58,634 nt of DNA from Armatimonadota bacterium (GCA_043754515.1 JAYUUO010000027.1:1-58634), one strand, 5' to 3'; positions 48,735-58,634 are shown, counted from the stretch's first letter. Numbers and translations are program-made. Notes: a model not told the origin generated them from the sequence alone.

Positions 48735-49377
48735 ATGCGTTCCCCTTTTGTGTTGCCGGAGTCGGTGCGTTTCTCGCAGTACGCCGAGTTTAACGTTGGC
48801 ACCGAAACCGTGCTCGCGGAGCTCGGCTACCGGTTCGCGCGATTCCATCGCGCTCCCGACGGTCGCCGTCTCCGACATTCCTTCGGACAGACGGGCGTCC
48901 TTGCGCGGACAGATAGAGACGGCGATCCGCGTCGTCGGCTTCAACAGCGAGATGGCGCGGCGCGAGTTTCTAATGGCACCTATCGTTCTGGAAGCAGCGC
49001 GTTGCGCAGGCGCGGATCTGGCATCGGAACACCCGTTCGATGTTTCTCCACGTCTCCACGGCAGCCTCGATTATCTCCTGCGAAAGGAGAACGCTCTAGT
49101 CGTGATCGAGGCGAAAAACGCCGACCTGTCGCGGGGGTTCACGCAACTGTCGGCCGAGATGGTTGCGCTTGATATGTACGCGAGCGCGGAATCTTCCTGT
49201 CTTTATGGCGCGGTCTCCGTAGGGGACGTTTGGCGGTTCGGCGTTCTCGACCGGGCGGGCAAAACGATTACGCAAGATGTAAGTCAATTCATCGTGCCGG
49301 ACAGCATGGATGATCTTCTCGCCATTCTCGTGGGTATTCTGCTGAACTCGCCCACTATATACAAGCGGGCTGGCTAG
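48735..49377 (+). pseudogene. Frameshifted PD-(D/E)XK / HsdR_N-like protein
   Basis: MRSPFVLPESVRFSQYAEF...LAELGY, frameshift near 48840, then SEMARREFL.AP...LHGSLDYLL...VIEAKN...GFTQL...LYGAVS.G.VW.FG. Confidence 0.75.
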
Positions 49378-49443
49378 CGGTGGATTCTACCAATGCCGGA
49401 GTGCCGCCGCGGTGACTTACGGATACGTATCATCCGCGCTAAT

Positions 49444-49471
49444 ATGTGAGTGCGAATGAACATGCTCACAT
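49444..49471. promoter_or_regulatory. Putative ArsR operator (inverted repeat)
   Basis: atgtgag-N14-ctcacat upstream of the ArsR gene. Confidence 0.5.
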
Positions 49472-49518
49472 GACCCGCCGGGTGCTTTGTGATAAAGCGC
49501 GGTATTGTTAAGCGCGAT

Positions 49519-49821
49519 ATGCCAACACAACAGGAAGTCACACGCTTTTTGACCGCGATCGGCGACCCGGCGCGCCTGGAGATCATGTTCGTGCTCGGCA
49601 AACAGGATCGGCTGAATGTCACGGATCTGGCGAGTAATTTCCGCATCAGCCGCTCCGCCGTGTCGCACCATTTGAAGGTGTTACGCGACGCGGAGGTGGT
49701 CTGTAACGAGAAAATAGGTCAGGAAGTTTTCTACTGGCTCGACATCCCGTCCGTGGTCTCTAAACTGCGCGACTTATCGGACGCGCTGGAGGCTTACAAG
49801 AAAGACGGCAAGCCGGAATAA
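49519..49821 (+). CDS. ArsR/SmtB-family regulator
   Basis: AIGDPARLEI...NVTDLA..F.ISRSAVSHHLKVLRDA.VV...K.G.E.FY. Confidence 0.93.
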   Translation: MPTQQEVTRFLTAIGDPARLEIMFVLGKQDRLNVTDLASNFRISRSAVSHHLKVLRDAEVVCNEKIGQEVFYWLDIPSVVSKLRDLSDALEAYKKDGKPE

Positions 49822-49878
49822 GGCGACCCTCTCGCGGCAGTACGTGAATATGTTTACACACACGAACGGATAACACAC

Positions 49879-50784
49879 ATGGCGAAAAACTATACCCCCC
49901 CGGATCAGTCCGGTCGAGTCACGGTCGTGACCGGCGCGAGTTCCGGCATCGGTTTGTGGACGGCACTAGGGCTTGCCCGCGCGGGCGCGACGGTGCTTCT
50001 CGTCTGCCGGAGCCGCGAGCGAGGCGAGGCGGCGCAAGCGATGGTCGCCCGCGAGACAGGCAAAGCCGCGCCCGCCTTGTTCCTCGCCGATTTCGCGTCG
50101 CTTCGCGCCGTTGACGACCTGGCAACAGCGATACTGATCGCCTACCCGGCTTTGCACCTGCTGGTCAACAACGCGGGCGTCTTCGTGTACAAACGCGAGA
50201 CGACCACCGACGGCTACGAGAAGACGTTCGCCGTCAACCACCTCGCGCCGTTTCATCTTACCAACCGGCTCCTCGGGGCGTTACGCGCGGGCGCGGGCGG
50301 GTTGCCCGGCTCGCCCGCCCGCGTCGTGAACGTCTCATCCGCCGTCGCCGCGCGGGCGGTGTTGAACTTCGACGACCTGATGGCGGCGAAGAAGTACGAC
50401 ACACTTACCGCCTATGGGCAGTCGAAACTCGCCAACATACTTCACGCGAACGAGTTGTCGCGGCGGGTCTCCGGCGAGGGCATCACCGCGAACAGTTTAC
50501 ACCCCGGCGCGGTCTCGACCGCGCTCGGCGACACTGGTGTGCCGACTGCACTCGGTCTCCTGTGGAAACTGATGAAACCGTTCCTGCTGACCTCGGAACA
50601 GGGCGCGGTCAACTCGCTCTTCATCGCAACCGCGCCCGAACTCGCGGGAACATCCGGTGCCTACTTCGACAATATGAAAGTGGTTACGACAAACCCGCTC
50701 GCCACGGACGAGCGGGTGGCCAGCCGGCTCTGGCAGGAGAGCGACGCGCTGGTTCGGAGTGCCCTCGGCACGACGGGTAGGTAG
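49879..50784 (+). CDS. SDR oxidoreductase (retinol dehydrogenase-like)
   Basis: TGASSGIG, NNAG, FAVNHL, VNVSS, YGQSKLAN, HPG.V. Confidence 0.95.
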   Translation: MAKNYTPPDQSGRVTVVTGASSGIGLWTALGLARAGATVLLVCRSRERGEAAQAMVARETGKAAPALFLADFASLRAVDDLATAILIAYPALHLLVNNAGVFVYKRETTTDGYEKTFAVNHLAPFHLTNRLLGALRAGAGGLPGSPARVVNVSSAVAARAVLNFDDLMAAKKYDTLTAYGQSKLANILHANELSRRVSGEGITANSLHPGAVSTALGDTGVPTALGLLWKLMKPFLLTSEQGAVNSLFIATAPELAGTSGAYFDNMKVVTTNPLATDERVASRLWQESDALVRSALGTTGR

Positions 50785-50960
50785 TTGCGGGAGGGATGAT
50801 CGGGTTTTTGTCCCCTTGAGATTCAACGGTCCTGCCCTTACGCGGGTTGGTATCGGTAGTTCAGGAACCGCCGAACGGCGCGGGGACCGTTCGCGGTATA
50901 ATCCGTCGGGCGTGAAGGACGACGTGTCCTCGCGCGTCTAAAACCGGTGTAATCCCCGCC

Positions 50961-52070
50961 ATGCGACTATCTGACCGCTATATCCTGAGCGAACTCCTGC
51001 TCCCGTTTTTTATCAGCACGTTCGCGGTGCTGATGATGCTGGTTGGAAACACCCTGTACGCCGTTTTGGAGCGGTTGCTACAGGAGAAATGGCCGCTGGA
51101 GATGGTTACGCGGATGTTGGTGCTGAACATCCCGACTGTGTTAACCATGACACTTCCCGTCGCCGTAGCACTCTCGGCGTCGCTCGCCGTAAACCGCATG
51201 GCGCGCGACTTGGAGATGACCACGCTCCGCTCCGTGGGGCAATCACTTTTCCGCACGTTTATTCCGATATTTCTTTTCGGCGCGCTCGTTGCCGCCGGGG
51301 ACTTTTACCTCAGCGAGAAGGTCGTGCCGTGGGCGTTCACCGAGCAACGGAACGTCGAGGCGGTGCTTTACAATCTGCCTAAAGACCCGGTGAGCGGTGG
51401 CCGGTCGCTCGCGGTGGACGACTACCTGATCTCATTTAACTCCGCGCAACAGGTCGTGCAGGGCAAGCGGTTCCGGTTCAACGACGTGATCGTGATACGC
51501 AACGCGAACCACGCCGCGAACCAGAACAACGGCGAGTTCGCCGACGTCGTCACCGCTGGGTCCGCCGAGTACGAGAACGGGATCTGGGAGCTACGCAAGG
51601 TACACGGATTCCACTTCTGCCCGGACGGCTCGTTGGAGGTGATGGCGACCGCCGAGCCGACGCTGATCAACCTTCGGATTGACTTTTCCAGCGTGTATAA
51701 CCCGCCCAACGACTTTGCGCGTAACCAGCAGTCGTACGCCGACCTGACGCGGATGCAGACCGAGGCGTTGCGACAGAAGCGGTTCGCGGACGCCCGCAAG
51801 ATCGAGGTAGACCGCTACTTCAAACTCACGCTCCCGCTGATGTGCTTCGTGTTCGCGCTCTGTTCGCCCCCGCTGACACTCCGGTTCGCGCGCACCGGCG
51901 CGTTCACCGGCGTATTGTTGTCTATCGTGGTGGTGTTCGTCGGCTGGAATACGCTGCTTCTCATGAAAGGGTTCGGGCTGGGCGGCTACGTCTCACCGCT
52001 CTTCGCCGCGCTGTTCACCCCGGTGCTTTTCACCGCGGTCGGCGTCTGGCTCCTGCGGGTGCAGGAGTAG
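50961..52070 (+). CDS. LptF/LptG family permease
   Basis: DRYILSELL.PF, LP.A..LSA...NRMARDLE..TLRS.G; 3+3 TM with a periplasmic domain. Confidence 0.9.
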   Translation: MRLSDRYILSELLLPFFISTFAVLMMLVGNTLYAVLERLLQEKWPLEMVTRMLVLNIPTVLTMTLPVAVALSASLAVNRMARDLEMTTLRSVGQSLFRTFIPIFLFGALVAAGDFYLSEKVVPWAFTEQRNVEAVLYNLPKDPVSGGRSLAVDDYLISFNSAQQVVQGKRFRFNDVIVIRNANHAANQNNGEFADVVTAGSAEYENGIWELRKVHGFHFCPDGSLEVMATAEPTLINLRIDFSSVYNPPNDFARNQQSYADLTRMQTEALRQKRFADARKIEVDRYFKLTLPLMCFVFALCSPPLTLRFARTGAFTGVLLSIVVVFVGWNTLLLMKGFGLGGYVSPLFAALFTPVLFTAVGVWLLRVQE

Positions 52071-52072
52071 AA

Positions 52073-54544
52073 ATGCCGTTCGCGCCGGTGTTGGTCCGGG
52101 AGCCGTCTCGCCCCGCGCAAACCGCGCCCGCTCCGCCCGCCCCCTCCCCGCCCGTGACAATTCCGCCGCTCTCCTCCCCGATGGACGGCTCCCCGACAAC
52201 GCCGGGCACGCTACTCGACGCGCCCCGAAACGGCGCGGGCGGCGTTATCGTCCTGCCCCCGTCGCAAGCGATCGGCGCGCCGCCGACGCTGACACGGCCC
52301 GAGTCACAAGCCCCCGACGACGCATTCTCCTTCCCCGAGGATGAGCGTGGCAAGATATATGTCGAGGCGGAGAAGGACTTCCACACCGATCCTGGCAACA
52401 TGGACGTCTACATCGCGGAAGGCAACGTCGTGATCCGCTACAACGGCTACCGCGCGTTCGCCGACCGGGCGGTGGTGGACAGCAAGACGCGCGTGGTCAC
52501 GCTCTCGGGGCGGGCACGGCTGGAGACGGCGCGGCAGACGGTGTACGCGGACTACGTCTCGCTGAACACGGTCACCCGCGACTTCGTGGCGCGCAAGGCG
52601 CACACCATCGTCCCGCCCGACCTGGTCGGTCCCAGCCTCCAGGAGCCGCTTTACCTGGAAGGCGAGACGGTCACGCGCACCGGACGGGTGACCGTCGCCG
52701 AGAACGGGCAGTTGACCACCTGTGACTTTCCCCTGCCGCACTACCACTTCCAGTTCGCGCGGGCACAGGTCGTTCCGAACGACCGCGTGATCCTGCGTAA
52801 TACGTCGTTTTATCAGTACAATAAGCGGGTTTTCACGGTGAAGTACCTGTCGGTGCCGATACGCGATGACATACGGACGTCGTTCACGCCACAGGTCGGG
52901 CGCACTGACGAGGAAGGTTACTTCATCAAAACAGCGTTTGGGTACGCCCTGACGCAGTTTTACCCGCGCCTCGGCCGCCCGGATTATCCCGGCTTGCTTC
53001 GCATTGACCTGATGGAGAAGAAGGGTGTCGGCCTCGGGATAGACCAGGCGTACCGGTTCGCGAACGTCGCGGCGGGCACGCTGGTGCTGTATGGCTTGCG
53101 CGACCGAAACCGTAACGTGACCAACTCGAACGGGCGGCTGGCGCATCTCCAGCGGTTCGGTGAGGTGGACGTTTCGCTTGCGACGGACTTCCAGAACAAC
53201 TCGTACTACGCGGCGACGCAGAACTCGCGGACGCAGAACAGCACGATCAGCGCGACGCGCCTGGTCGGGCCGAGTAGCACCACGGTCACGTACAACCTGA
53301 GCAACAGCAACCTGCAAACTAGTGTGTCGAACAACGAGGCGTATACGATCACCCAGGAGGAGCGTTTCGGGCAGAAGTTCCGGGTCCGCGCCCGGCTCAA
53401 CGGCACCGACCAGAACAGTTCCGCGACGACAACGACTTCGGGACACACCGAGCAGAACGGCGACCTGTCGGCGACGGGGCAGGTGGGCGTTTTCGACCTC
53501 GATTTCCAGGCTAACAAATCGTTCGTGGCGCGGCTACGCGGGGCGTCCGGCTCGTCAAACTTCTTCGCCGGAACGGAGCGGTTGCCTGAGTTCACGTTCC
53601 GCACTAGCGGCCAGCGCATTGGGGGCGCGTTCGCGAACCTGCCGCTGAACGTCTCGCTAGGCTTCGGGCGATTCGTGGAAAGCCCGACGAAGGTGACCAC
53701 GAACCGCGCCCTGTTCGACCTGGACGGGAGCCGGACGTACCCGCTCGCGCCGCGTAGCGCGACCACGCTGACGGTGAACGGCGGCTTCCGGCAGTATTTA
53801 TACGCGAGTGGCGACGCGGCGCAGTACGTGCTCGAATCGTCGCCGCAACTTGCGCAGAAGGTCGGGCGCGACGGCTCGCTGAACCTGAACTATAGCTACC
53901 TGCGCCCTTACGGCGGCGCGCCGCTCAACTTCCGGCTCGACTCCATCGGCTCGAACAACAACCTCGGGACGTCATTTAGCGTACAGTCCTACCGCGCCCG
54001 CCTGTCGCTCCTAACCGGCTATGACATACAGCGGGCGAAGTCGGTGATGACGGTGGGGCCGAAGAACCCGTGGCAGAACCTGACGGGGCAGCTCGCACTG
54101 CGGCCCTCGCCGGTTTTCCAGACGCGGTTCACGTCCACGTACGACATCAATAACAAGGTGCTCGTGGACGCGACGAACCGGATCCGGATCCGCGCGCCCG
54201 GCGGGTTCGCGTTCGACTCGGGGTTGCGGTTCGACCCGCGCACGAAGCGTTTCCCGCAGATCACCGGGTCGCTGGAAACGCCGCTGTTCGGGGACAAGGC
54301 GAACTTCACGGCGTTCGCGGGCTACAACGGCTTTACGAACAAGTTCGACTATCGGAGTTTCGCGCTGACCCGGATACTGCACGACTACGAGATAACGTTC
54401 CGATACGTGGATCAGCCGTTCGGGTTCCGCACCGAGCGCGGGTTCTCGTTCACGATCCGGCTGAAGGCGTTGCCGGGGGCGGTGTTCAGCAACACGGGGC
54501 AGTACGGGACGCCGCTGGATACGGGAACGGGCGAGGTGTTCTAG
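52073..54544 (+). CDS. lptD: LptD-like LPS assembly outer-membrane protein
   Basis: OstA-like AEGNV.I.Y....AD, TTCD...PHY, long beta-strand-rich C-terminus ending in F; follows lptF/G. Confidence 0.75.
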   Translation: MPFAPVLVREPSRPAQTAPAPPAPSPPVTIPPLSSPMDGSPTTPGTLLDAPRNGAGGVIVLPPSQAIGAPPTLTRPESQAPDDAFSFPEDERGKIYVEAEKDFHTDPGNMDVYIAEGNVVIRYNGYRAFADRAVVDSKTRVVTLSGRARLETARQTVYADYVSLNTVTRDFVARKAHTIVPPDLVGPSLQEPLYLEGETVTRTGRVTVAENGQLTTCDFPLPHYHFQFARAQVVPNDRVILRNTSFYQYNKRVFTVKYLSVPIRDDIRTSFTPQVGRTDEEGYFIKTAFGYALTQFYPRLGRPDYPGLLRIDLMEKKGVGLGIDQAYRFANVAAGTLVLYGLRDRNRNVTNSNGRLAHLQRFGEVDVSLATDFQNNSYYAATQNSRTQNSTISATRLVGPSSTTVTYNLSNSNLQTSVSNNEAYTITQEERFGQKFRVRARLNGTDQNSSATTTTSGHTEQNGDLSATGQVGVFDLDFQANKSFVARLRGASGSSNFFAGTERLPEFTFRTSGQRIGGAFANLPLNVSLGFGRFVESPTKVTTNRALFDLDGSRTYPLAPRSATTLTVNGGFRQYLYASGDAAQYVLESSPQLAQKVGRDGSLNLNYSYLRPYGGAPLNFRLDSIGSNNNLGTSFSVQSYRARLSLLTGYDIQRAKSVMTVGPKNPWQNLTGQLALRPSPVFQTRFTSTYDINNKVLVDATNRIRIRAPGGFAFDSGLRFDPRTKRFPQITGSLETPLFGDKANFTAFAGYNGFTNKFDYRSFALTRILHDYEITFRYVDQPFGFRTERGFSFTIRLKALPGAVFSNTGQYGTPLDTGTGEVF

Positions 54545-54603
54545 GTGCCAGGGTTGACTTTGTATACGCTTGCGTCTCATGATGACACGAAGGACCTCGA
54601 AAC

Positions 54604-55122
54604 ATGCTTTCCATGTCGGATCATTACCAGAATCTTGCGGACGAAGATTCGTATGTCGGGATGCGCGATGACAGCATCACTGACAGCGATTACATCCCGG
54701 ACGACGTGCGGTTCATGGCGCGGTCGCTCCGCGAGTGCGGCTTCCTGCCGGAGGATCTATTGCCTCTGGTGGACCAAGGAGAACGCCTCTGTGGCGTGGA
54801 GGAGGAAACCGAGGTAGTCCCTTTCCGCGTGCAGTTGTGGAAGCGGTGCGACGCTCTAGCGGATAAATGGGGGACCTCACGGACATGGCCGTCGGGTGAG
54901 CGGGATAAGGCGGATGAAGGTTTGAGAAGAGAGCGAGCCTCCTGGCGCGCTATGCGGGCATTGATTTGTATGTTTACCCCTCGTTCGGATCTGTTCGACG
55001 GTGGTGTATACGCCGTTGAGCATTTCATAGACTTCATGGAAGAGGGGAGCTATTTTGACGATCCGTCGTTCGTGGACCGGATGGTGAAAATATTTGATGA
55101 GTGCGTGTCCGGTAGTCGGTAA
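54604..55122 (+). CDS. Hypothetical acidic protein, immunity-protein-like
   Basis: Lower GC; RVQLW..CD...RALIC pattern. Confidence 0.6.
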   Translation: MLSMSDHYQNLADEDSYVGMRDDSITDSDYIPDDVRFMARSLRECGFLPEDLLPLVDQGERLCGVEEETEVVPFRVQLWKRCDALADKWGTSRTWPSGERDKADEGLRRERASWRAMRALICMFTPRSDLFDGGVYAVEHFIDFMEEGSYFDDPSFVDRMVKIFDECVSGSR

Positions 55123-55343
55123 AACGGGAATAAACTTCCTTGTTTGACTGCTGGCATTCCCTGCATGAAGTGAACCAGGTATAATCCCAGTCGTTGCCTG
55201 ACAACTGGACCGAGGCGGTCAAGGAATGCAACGCCAATCTACACGCGATGGGGACGCGTGGCTTCACTACCGCTGTCGCGGTACTACTCGCCCCACGATC
55301 AACACTGCCGTCGCCGAGACAACGTTCAAAGGATATTCTGATT

Positions 55344-55979
55344 ATGAACCCTTTGGGAGATATTATCGCGCCGGAATTATACGGATCTTCTGTTGCCGGC
55401 GGGGAAGCAAGCCCCGCCCCAAACGCCGCTCGCGCCGTGCTACTTCATTACGCGTCGATTATTGACCGGGTCGGCGGGGAAGGCGGCATACTATTCGCGA
55501 CTCGCCTACGCACGCTGGCCGACCCAGTGCGGACGGCGGCGGATGCGTTCGCCAGGTATCTCTCCGGCGGCGACCCCGACCTATCGTTCGACGAGCGTAG
55601 TCTTCACAGGCCGTGGCGGAGTTTCTTCCGGTATGACGGGCAATGGTTTCGCGGTTCTGAATTCATAGGCGCGGCATGGCCTCAGTCCCTCGGTGGCGCG
55701 TTACCGGAGGTAGGTCGGGGCGCGTTTTACTTCGGTCTTTGGGATGAGGTAATCGAAGCACTGCGGGACGGGCGTATCGCCGACACAGTTTCGATGAAGG
55801 TTGAAGCCGGTAGCTCCTGGCACAACGAAAAACTATTCGTGCTCCTCGCGGACGGCACCGCGCTCGCTTGGGCGAGAGAGGAATCCGCTTTAACGCCAGT
55901 TATGTTCGACTACTTGTTTGCACGCTTCGTAGCCGCGCCCAACAAGGCGACAGCCGAGGGTGCCTTAGCCGGACGATAG
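55344..55979 (+). CDS. Hypothetical protein, possibly SUKH/immunity-like
   Basis: AAAGGA upstream of ATG 55344; C-terminal LADG...W..EE. Confidence 0.6.
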   Translation: MNPLGDIIAPELYGSSVAGGEASPAPNAARAVLLHYASIIDRVGGEGGILFATRLRTLADPVRTAADAFARYLSGGDPDLSFDERSLHRPWRSFFRYDGQWFRGSEFIGAAWPQSLGGALPEVGRGAFYFGLWDEVIEALRDGRIADTVSMKVEAGSSWHNEKLFVLLADGTALAWAREESALTPVMFDYLFARFVAAPNKATAEGALAGR

Positions 55980-56079
55980 TGAGTGGCGAGCACGGAATGT
56001 CTGCGGAAGTAGTAGTTGAGACAGACCTGGCAAGTGGACCAATCTTGCTCTGACCACGGGGGAGCGGTTAACGGCTAAC

Positions 56080-56778
56080 ATGAAAGTAATACTCAACTCG
56101 AACGATGACCTTTTGTCTCATATGCGAGGCTTATGCAGTGCCTTCTACGCGGCTATAGACGATGAAAACAGCGATGATCGGGATGTATTAGCCATGTCGC
56201 TCGTAGTCTTAGATAGAATTATGCCTTGCTACCATGCAGTTTGTTTGATTGAGGGGATCAACGATCACGGTCGACTCGACGGGATCATCGAACGTCTCTG
56301 GAGGGTGGTAACCGAGGGAGTTATAATTAGCAGGAACGAGATTGAGACGACACTCAACTTTGTGTTAGAAGAGGTGTATGTAGATCACGACTCCGGCAGT
56401 GTTCTGAGTTCACCTTCGGCGAAATCGGTCGCGACGATCCTTTACATACTGAAAAGCATACTCGAATCAGACCGTCAACTACTGAAACATTGCGCCTTTG
56501 ACATGTTAGAGGCGTCTCTCGACTATGTGTATGCAACGTGTGGTGCCTCATCCGACAGGAATATAACAAGCGAGCGTCTATTAGAGATGTATGAGTGGGT
56601 AGTCGAATCCCCGTTTTTCCAGGTTGAGGCTGAGTTCATCCGCCAGGTGCCTTCGATGGTTTTGTCCTACAAAGCCGACAACTATGCAGCCCTCTACAAA
56701 AATCGGCCATCTGTCTCGTCCGGCGGCATAAGCCCGTTCGGCAGGTACATAGCCAAACGTCAACGTGGGGCGGTTTAG
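56080..56778 (+). CDS. Hypothetical helical protein, DUF416/immunity-like
   Basis: Markedly AT-rich; DRIMP.Y...IIERLW...LDY...P.FQ.E...Q pattern. Confidence 0.65.
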   Translation: MKVILNSNDDLLSHMRGLCSAFYAAIDDENSDDRDVLAMSLVVLDRIMPCYHAVCLIEGINDHGRLDGIIERLWRVVTEGVIISRNEIETTLNFVLEEVYVDHDSGSVLSSPSAKSVATILYILKSILESDRQLLKHCAFDMLEASLDYVYATCGASSDRNITSERLLEMYEWVVESPFFQVEAEFIRQVPSMVLSYKADNYAALYKNRPSVSSGGISPFGRYIAKRQRGAV

Positions 56779-56816
56779 CGTGTGTCGCCTTCGGACTCCT
56801 GATGTTTGTTCTGACT

Positions 56817-58436
56817 CTATCCGGCAGGTGAAGGACTCGCGCCACGCCGGGGCGACAGGTCCCACCAGTGCCGCCGCAGGCTCTGCGCGACCACGCCCGC
56901 CGCGTTCAGGCCGGACGCGCCGAACACGCCGCCGCCAGGGTGCGTACTTGCGCCGCACAAAAATAGGCCGGGGATAGGGGTCGTGTAGTTCGACAGCTCC
57001 GGGAGCGGGCGGAACGCGAACATCTGATCAAAACTCATCTCGACGTGCATCACGTTCCCCTGGAGCAGGCCGATGCGCCGCTCGATCTCCAGCGGCGTCT
57101 GGATGTATCGGTTCGTGATCTTGCCGCGCAGGTTCGGCGCGTAGGAGTAGAGCGTTTCCAGGATCGAGTCCGCCATCTCGTCCGCGCACCCGTCCCACTG
57201 TCGGCCGTCGCGCCGCTTGTAGGGGAAGTACTGCGACCAGAGCGATAATACATGCTGTCCCGGCGGCGCGAGCGTGTCGTCAATCGGTGAGAACGTCATC
57301 GCGAGCACCGGCGGCTTCGCGCTCGGCTTGCCCGCGAAGTAGTCCGCGTATGCGTCGGCTAAGAACTCCTCCGTGGGGCACAGTAGCTGCATCCCGTGGT
57401 GCGTTTTCGTCGCCGTGCCGTTACCGCCGTCGCCGTAGTCAGGTAGCTCGGACGACGCGCAGCGCACTGTCGCGCCGAAGCCGTTGCCGACGTTTATGTT
57501 GCCGACGCGCCGGAGCAGGTCGCCCGGAACGTCGGCGGGCGCGAGCAGTTTTGTGAACGTGGTGACGACGTGGCACGCGGCGACCACGGCGTCGGCGCGG
57601 ATCATCGTCCCATCTGCCAGCACCACGCCCGTCGCCTTCCCCCCCTCGACCAGAATCCGCTCCACCGCCGCGTCCAGACAGACGTGCCCGCCCGCCGCCG
57701 TGAGCGCGGACGCCAGTGCCCGTGTAAGCATACCCGAGCCGCCCTTGGGATGCGCCGCGCCGGTCTCGTGGATAACAGCGTGCCACGTCGCGAACGGCGC
57801 GGACGCCATTTCGGTCGGCGGGGGGCCGGACTGCGCCGCGAGCCATGCCAGCGCGGAGCGGACGTGCGGGGACGTGAATGTTTCCTGTAGCAACCGTCCG
57901 TAGCTGGTGAACGTCTGCCGCAGGGACTCCTCCGTGCCCGGCGACGGCCCCTTCGCCATCATCACGTGCCGACCGAGGTTCATCATGGTCGGCGGGGCGA
58001 GGAACGCCTTGAACGTGCCGTGCGCGATGGGAGTCCAGGCGGCGATGAACTTGCGGTACGCGATCGCGTCCTCGGGCGACACTTCGGCGATGCTCGCGCA
58101 GGTCTCGTCCATACTCTTGTGAAAGCAGATCACGCGCCCGGAGCCGTCCGGCAGAGGGTAGGTCGCCCACGGGTCCATCGGGCAGTAGATTAAGCCGTGC
58201 GCCCGGAGGTTCAACTCCTCGACGATGCGCGTCTGGTGTACCATGATGTGGACGGACGAACCGACGTCGTAGTGGTAGCCGGGGAATATCTCCTCCGTGC
58301 AGACCGCGCCGCCGACGATAGGGCGGCGCTCCAGCACGGCGACGGTATGCCCGGCACGGCGCAGGTAGTTCGCGCAGACAAGTCCGTTGTGACCGCCGCC
58401 GATCACAAGCACATCAACCGAAGGAGGGGTATTCAT
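56817..58436 (-). CDS. Phytoene dehydrogenase-like FAD oxidoreductase (COG1233; CrtO-like)
   Basis: IGGGHNGL, LERR..VGGA..TEE, PKGGSG, TP.EIE...G...GN..H, LFLCGASTHPGGGV.G.SG. Confidence 0.92.
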   Translation of the reverse strand: MNTPPSVDVLVIGGGHNGLVCANYLRRAGHTVAVLERRPIVGGAVCTEEIFPGYHYDVGSSVHIMVHQTRIVEELNLRAHGLIYCPMDPWATYPLPDGSGRVICFHKSMDETCASIAEVSPEDAIAYRKFIAAWTPIAHGTFKAFLAPPTMMNLGRHVMMAKGPSPGTEESLRQTFTSYGRLLQETFTSPHVRSALAWLAAQSGPPPTEMASAPFATWHAVIHETGAAHPKGGSGMLTRALASALTAAGGHVCLDAAVERILVEGGKATGVVLADGTMIRADAVVAACHVVTTFTKLLAPADVPGDLLRRVGNINVGNGFGATVRCASSELPDYGDGGNGTATKTHHGMQLLCPTEEFLADAYADYFAGKPSAKPPVLAMTFSPIDDTLAPPGQHVLSLWSQYFPYKRRDGRQWDGCADEMADSILETLYSYAPNLRGKITNRYIQTPLEIERRIGLLQGNVMHVEMSFDQMFAFRPLPELSNYTTPIPGLFLCGASTHPGGGVFGASGLNAAGVVAQSLRRHWWDLSPRRGASPSPAG

Positions 58437-58634
58437 TCTTGGTAGCGAGATTTCTAATGCGATCCGAAGTGGGAGTCGCGGAACCAATGCGGTAAATCAC
58501 GAGGCAACCGTCACCGTCGGCAAAAATCACTGTACCCGACATTCTGTCACAGAACATCGCGTAGCGTTAGCACAATGTAGCGTGATCTACCGCCGCCGCC
58601 GGGTACCACGAGCAGTTTCACCGTGGTCCCCGCG

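Noticed and set aside
56817..58436. Specific crtI/crtO assignment
   Set aside because: No carotenoid genes are nearby, and the family includes many non-carotenoid enzymes.

Overview
High-GC bacterial chromosome segment of about 55 genes. A prepilin/H-X9-DG protein, a PAS-GAF-HATPase, Uma2 and Rpn-like relics and LPS genes suggest Armatimonadota, but this is inference only. Core or housekeeping-type genes include argD, argB, an acuC-like deacetylase, an AAA ATPase, a nucleoside-type ABC transporter, three GT9 glycosyltransferase genes, a chromate transporter pair, aroE, ftsZ, yebC and lptF/G-lptD. Accessory genes lie between them, and five of these are broken. Best leads: (1) a porin-NRAMP operon whose ~770-nt leader stacks an M-box (ykoK) riboswitch and terminator on an unannotated 43-aa Pro-Pro-Pro leader ORF with a second terminator, suggesting a two-tier Mg2+ sensor; (2) an unannotated ~165-nt structured ncRNA candidate at 4762-4925(-) with its own promoter; (3) an ECF sigma factor fused to an apparently dead nucleotidyltransferase-like domain; (4) low-GC cassettes (a TA pair and an immunity-like trio) bounded by short inverted motifs, plus patches of extreme G/T strand skew; (5) REP-like hairpin clusters flanking an argB that carries a 36-aa in-frame insertion. 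No rRNA, tRNA, CRISPR array or intact transposase was recognised. All calls are by eye; no searches or folding programs were run.
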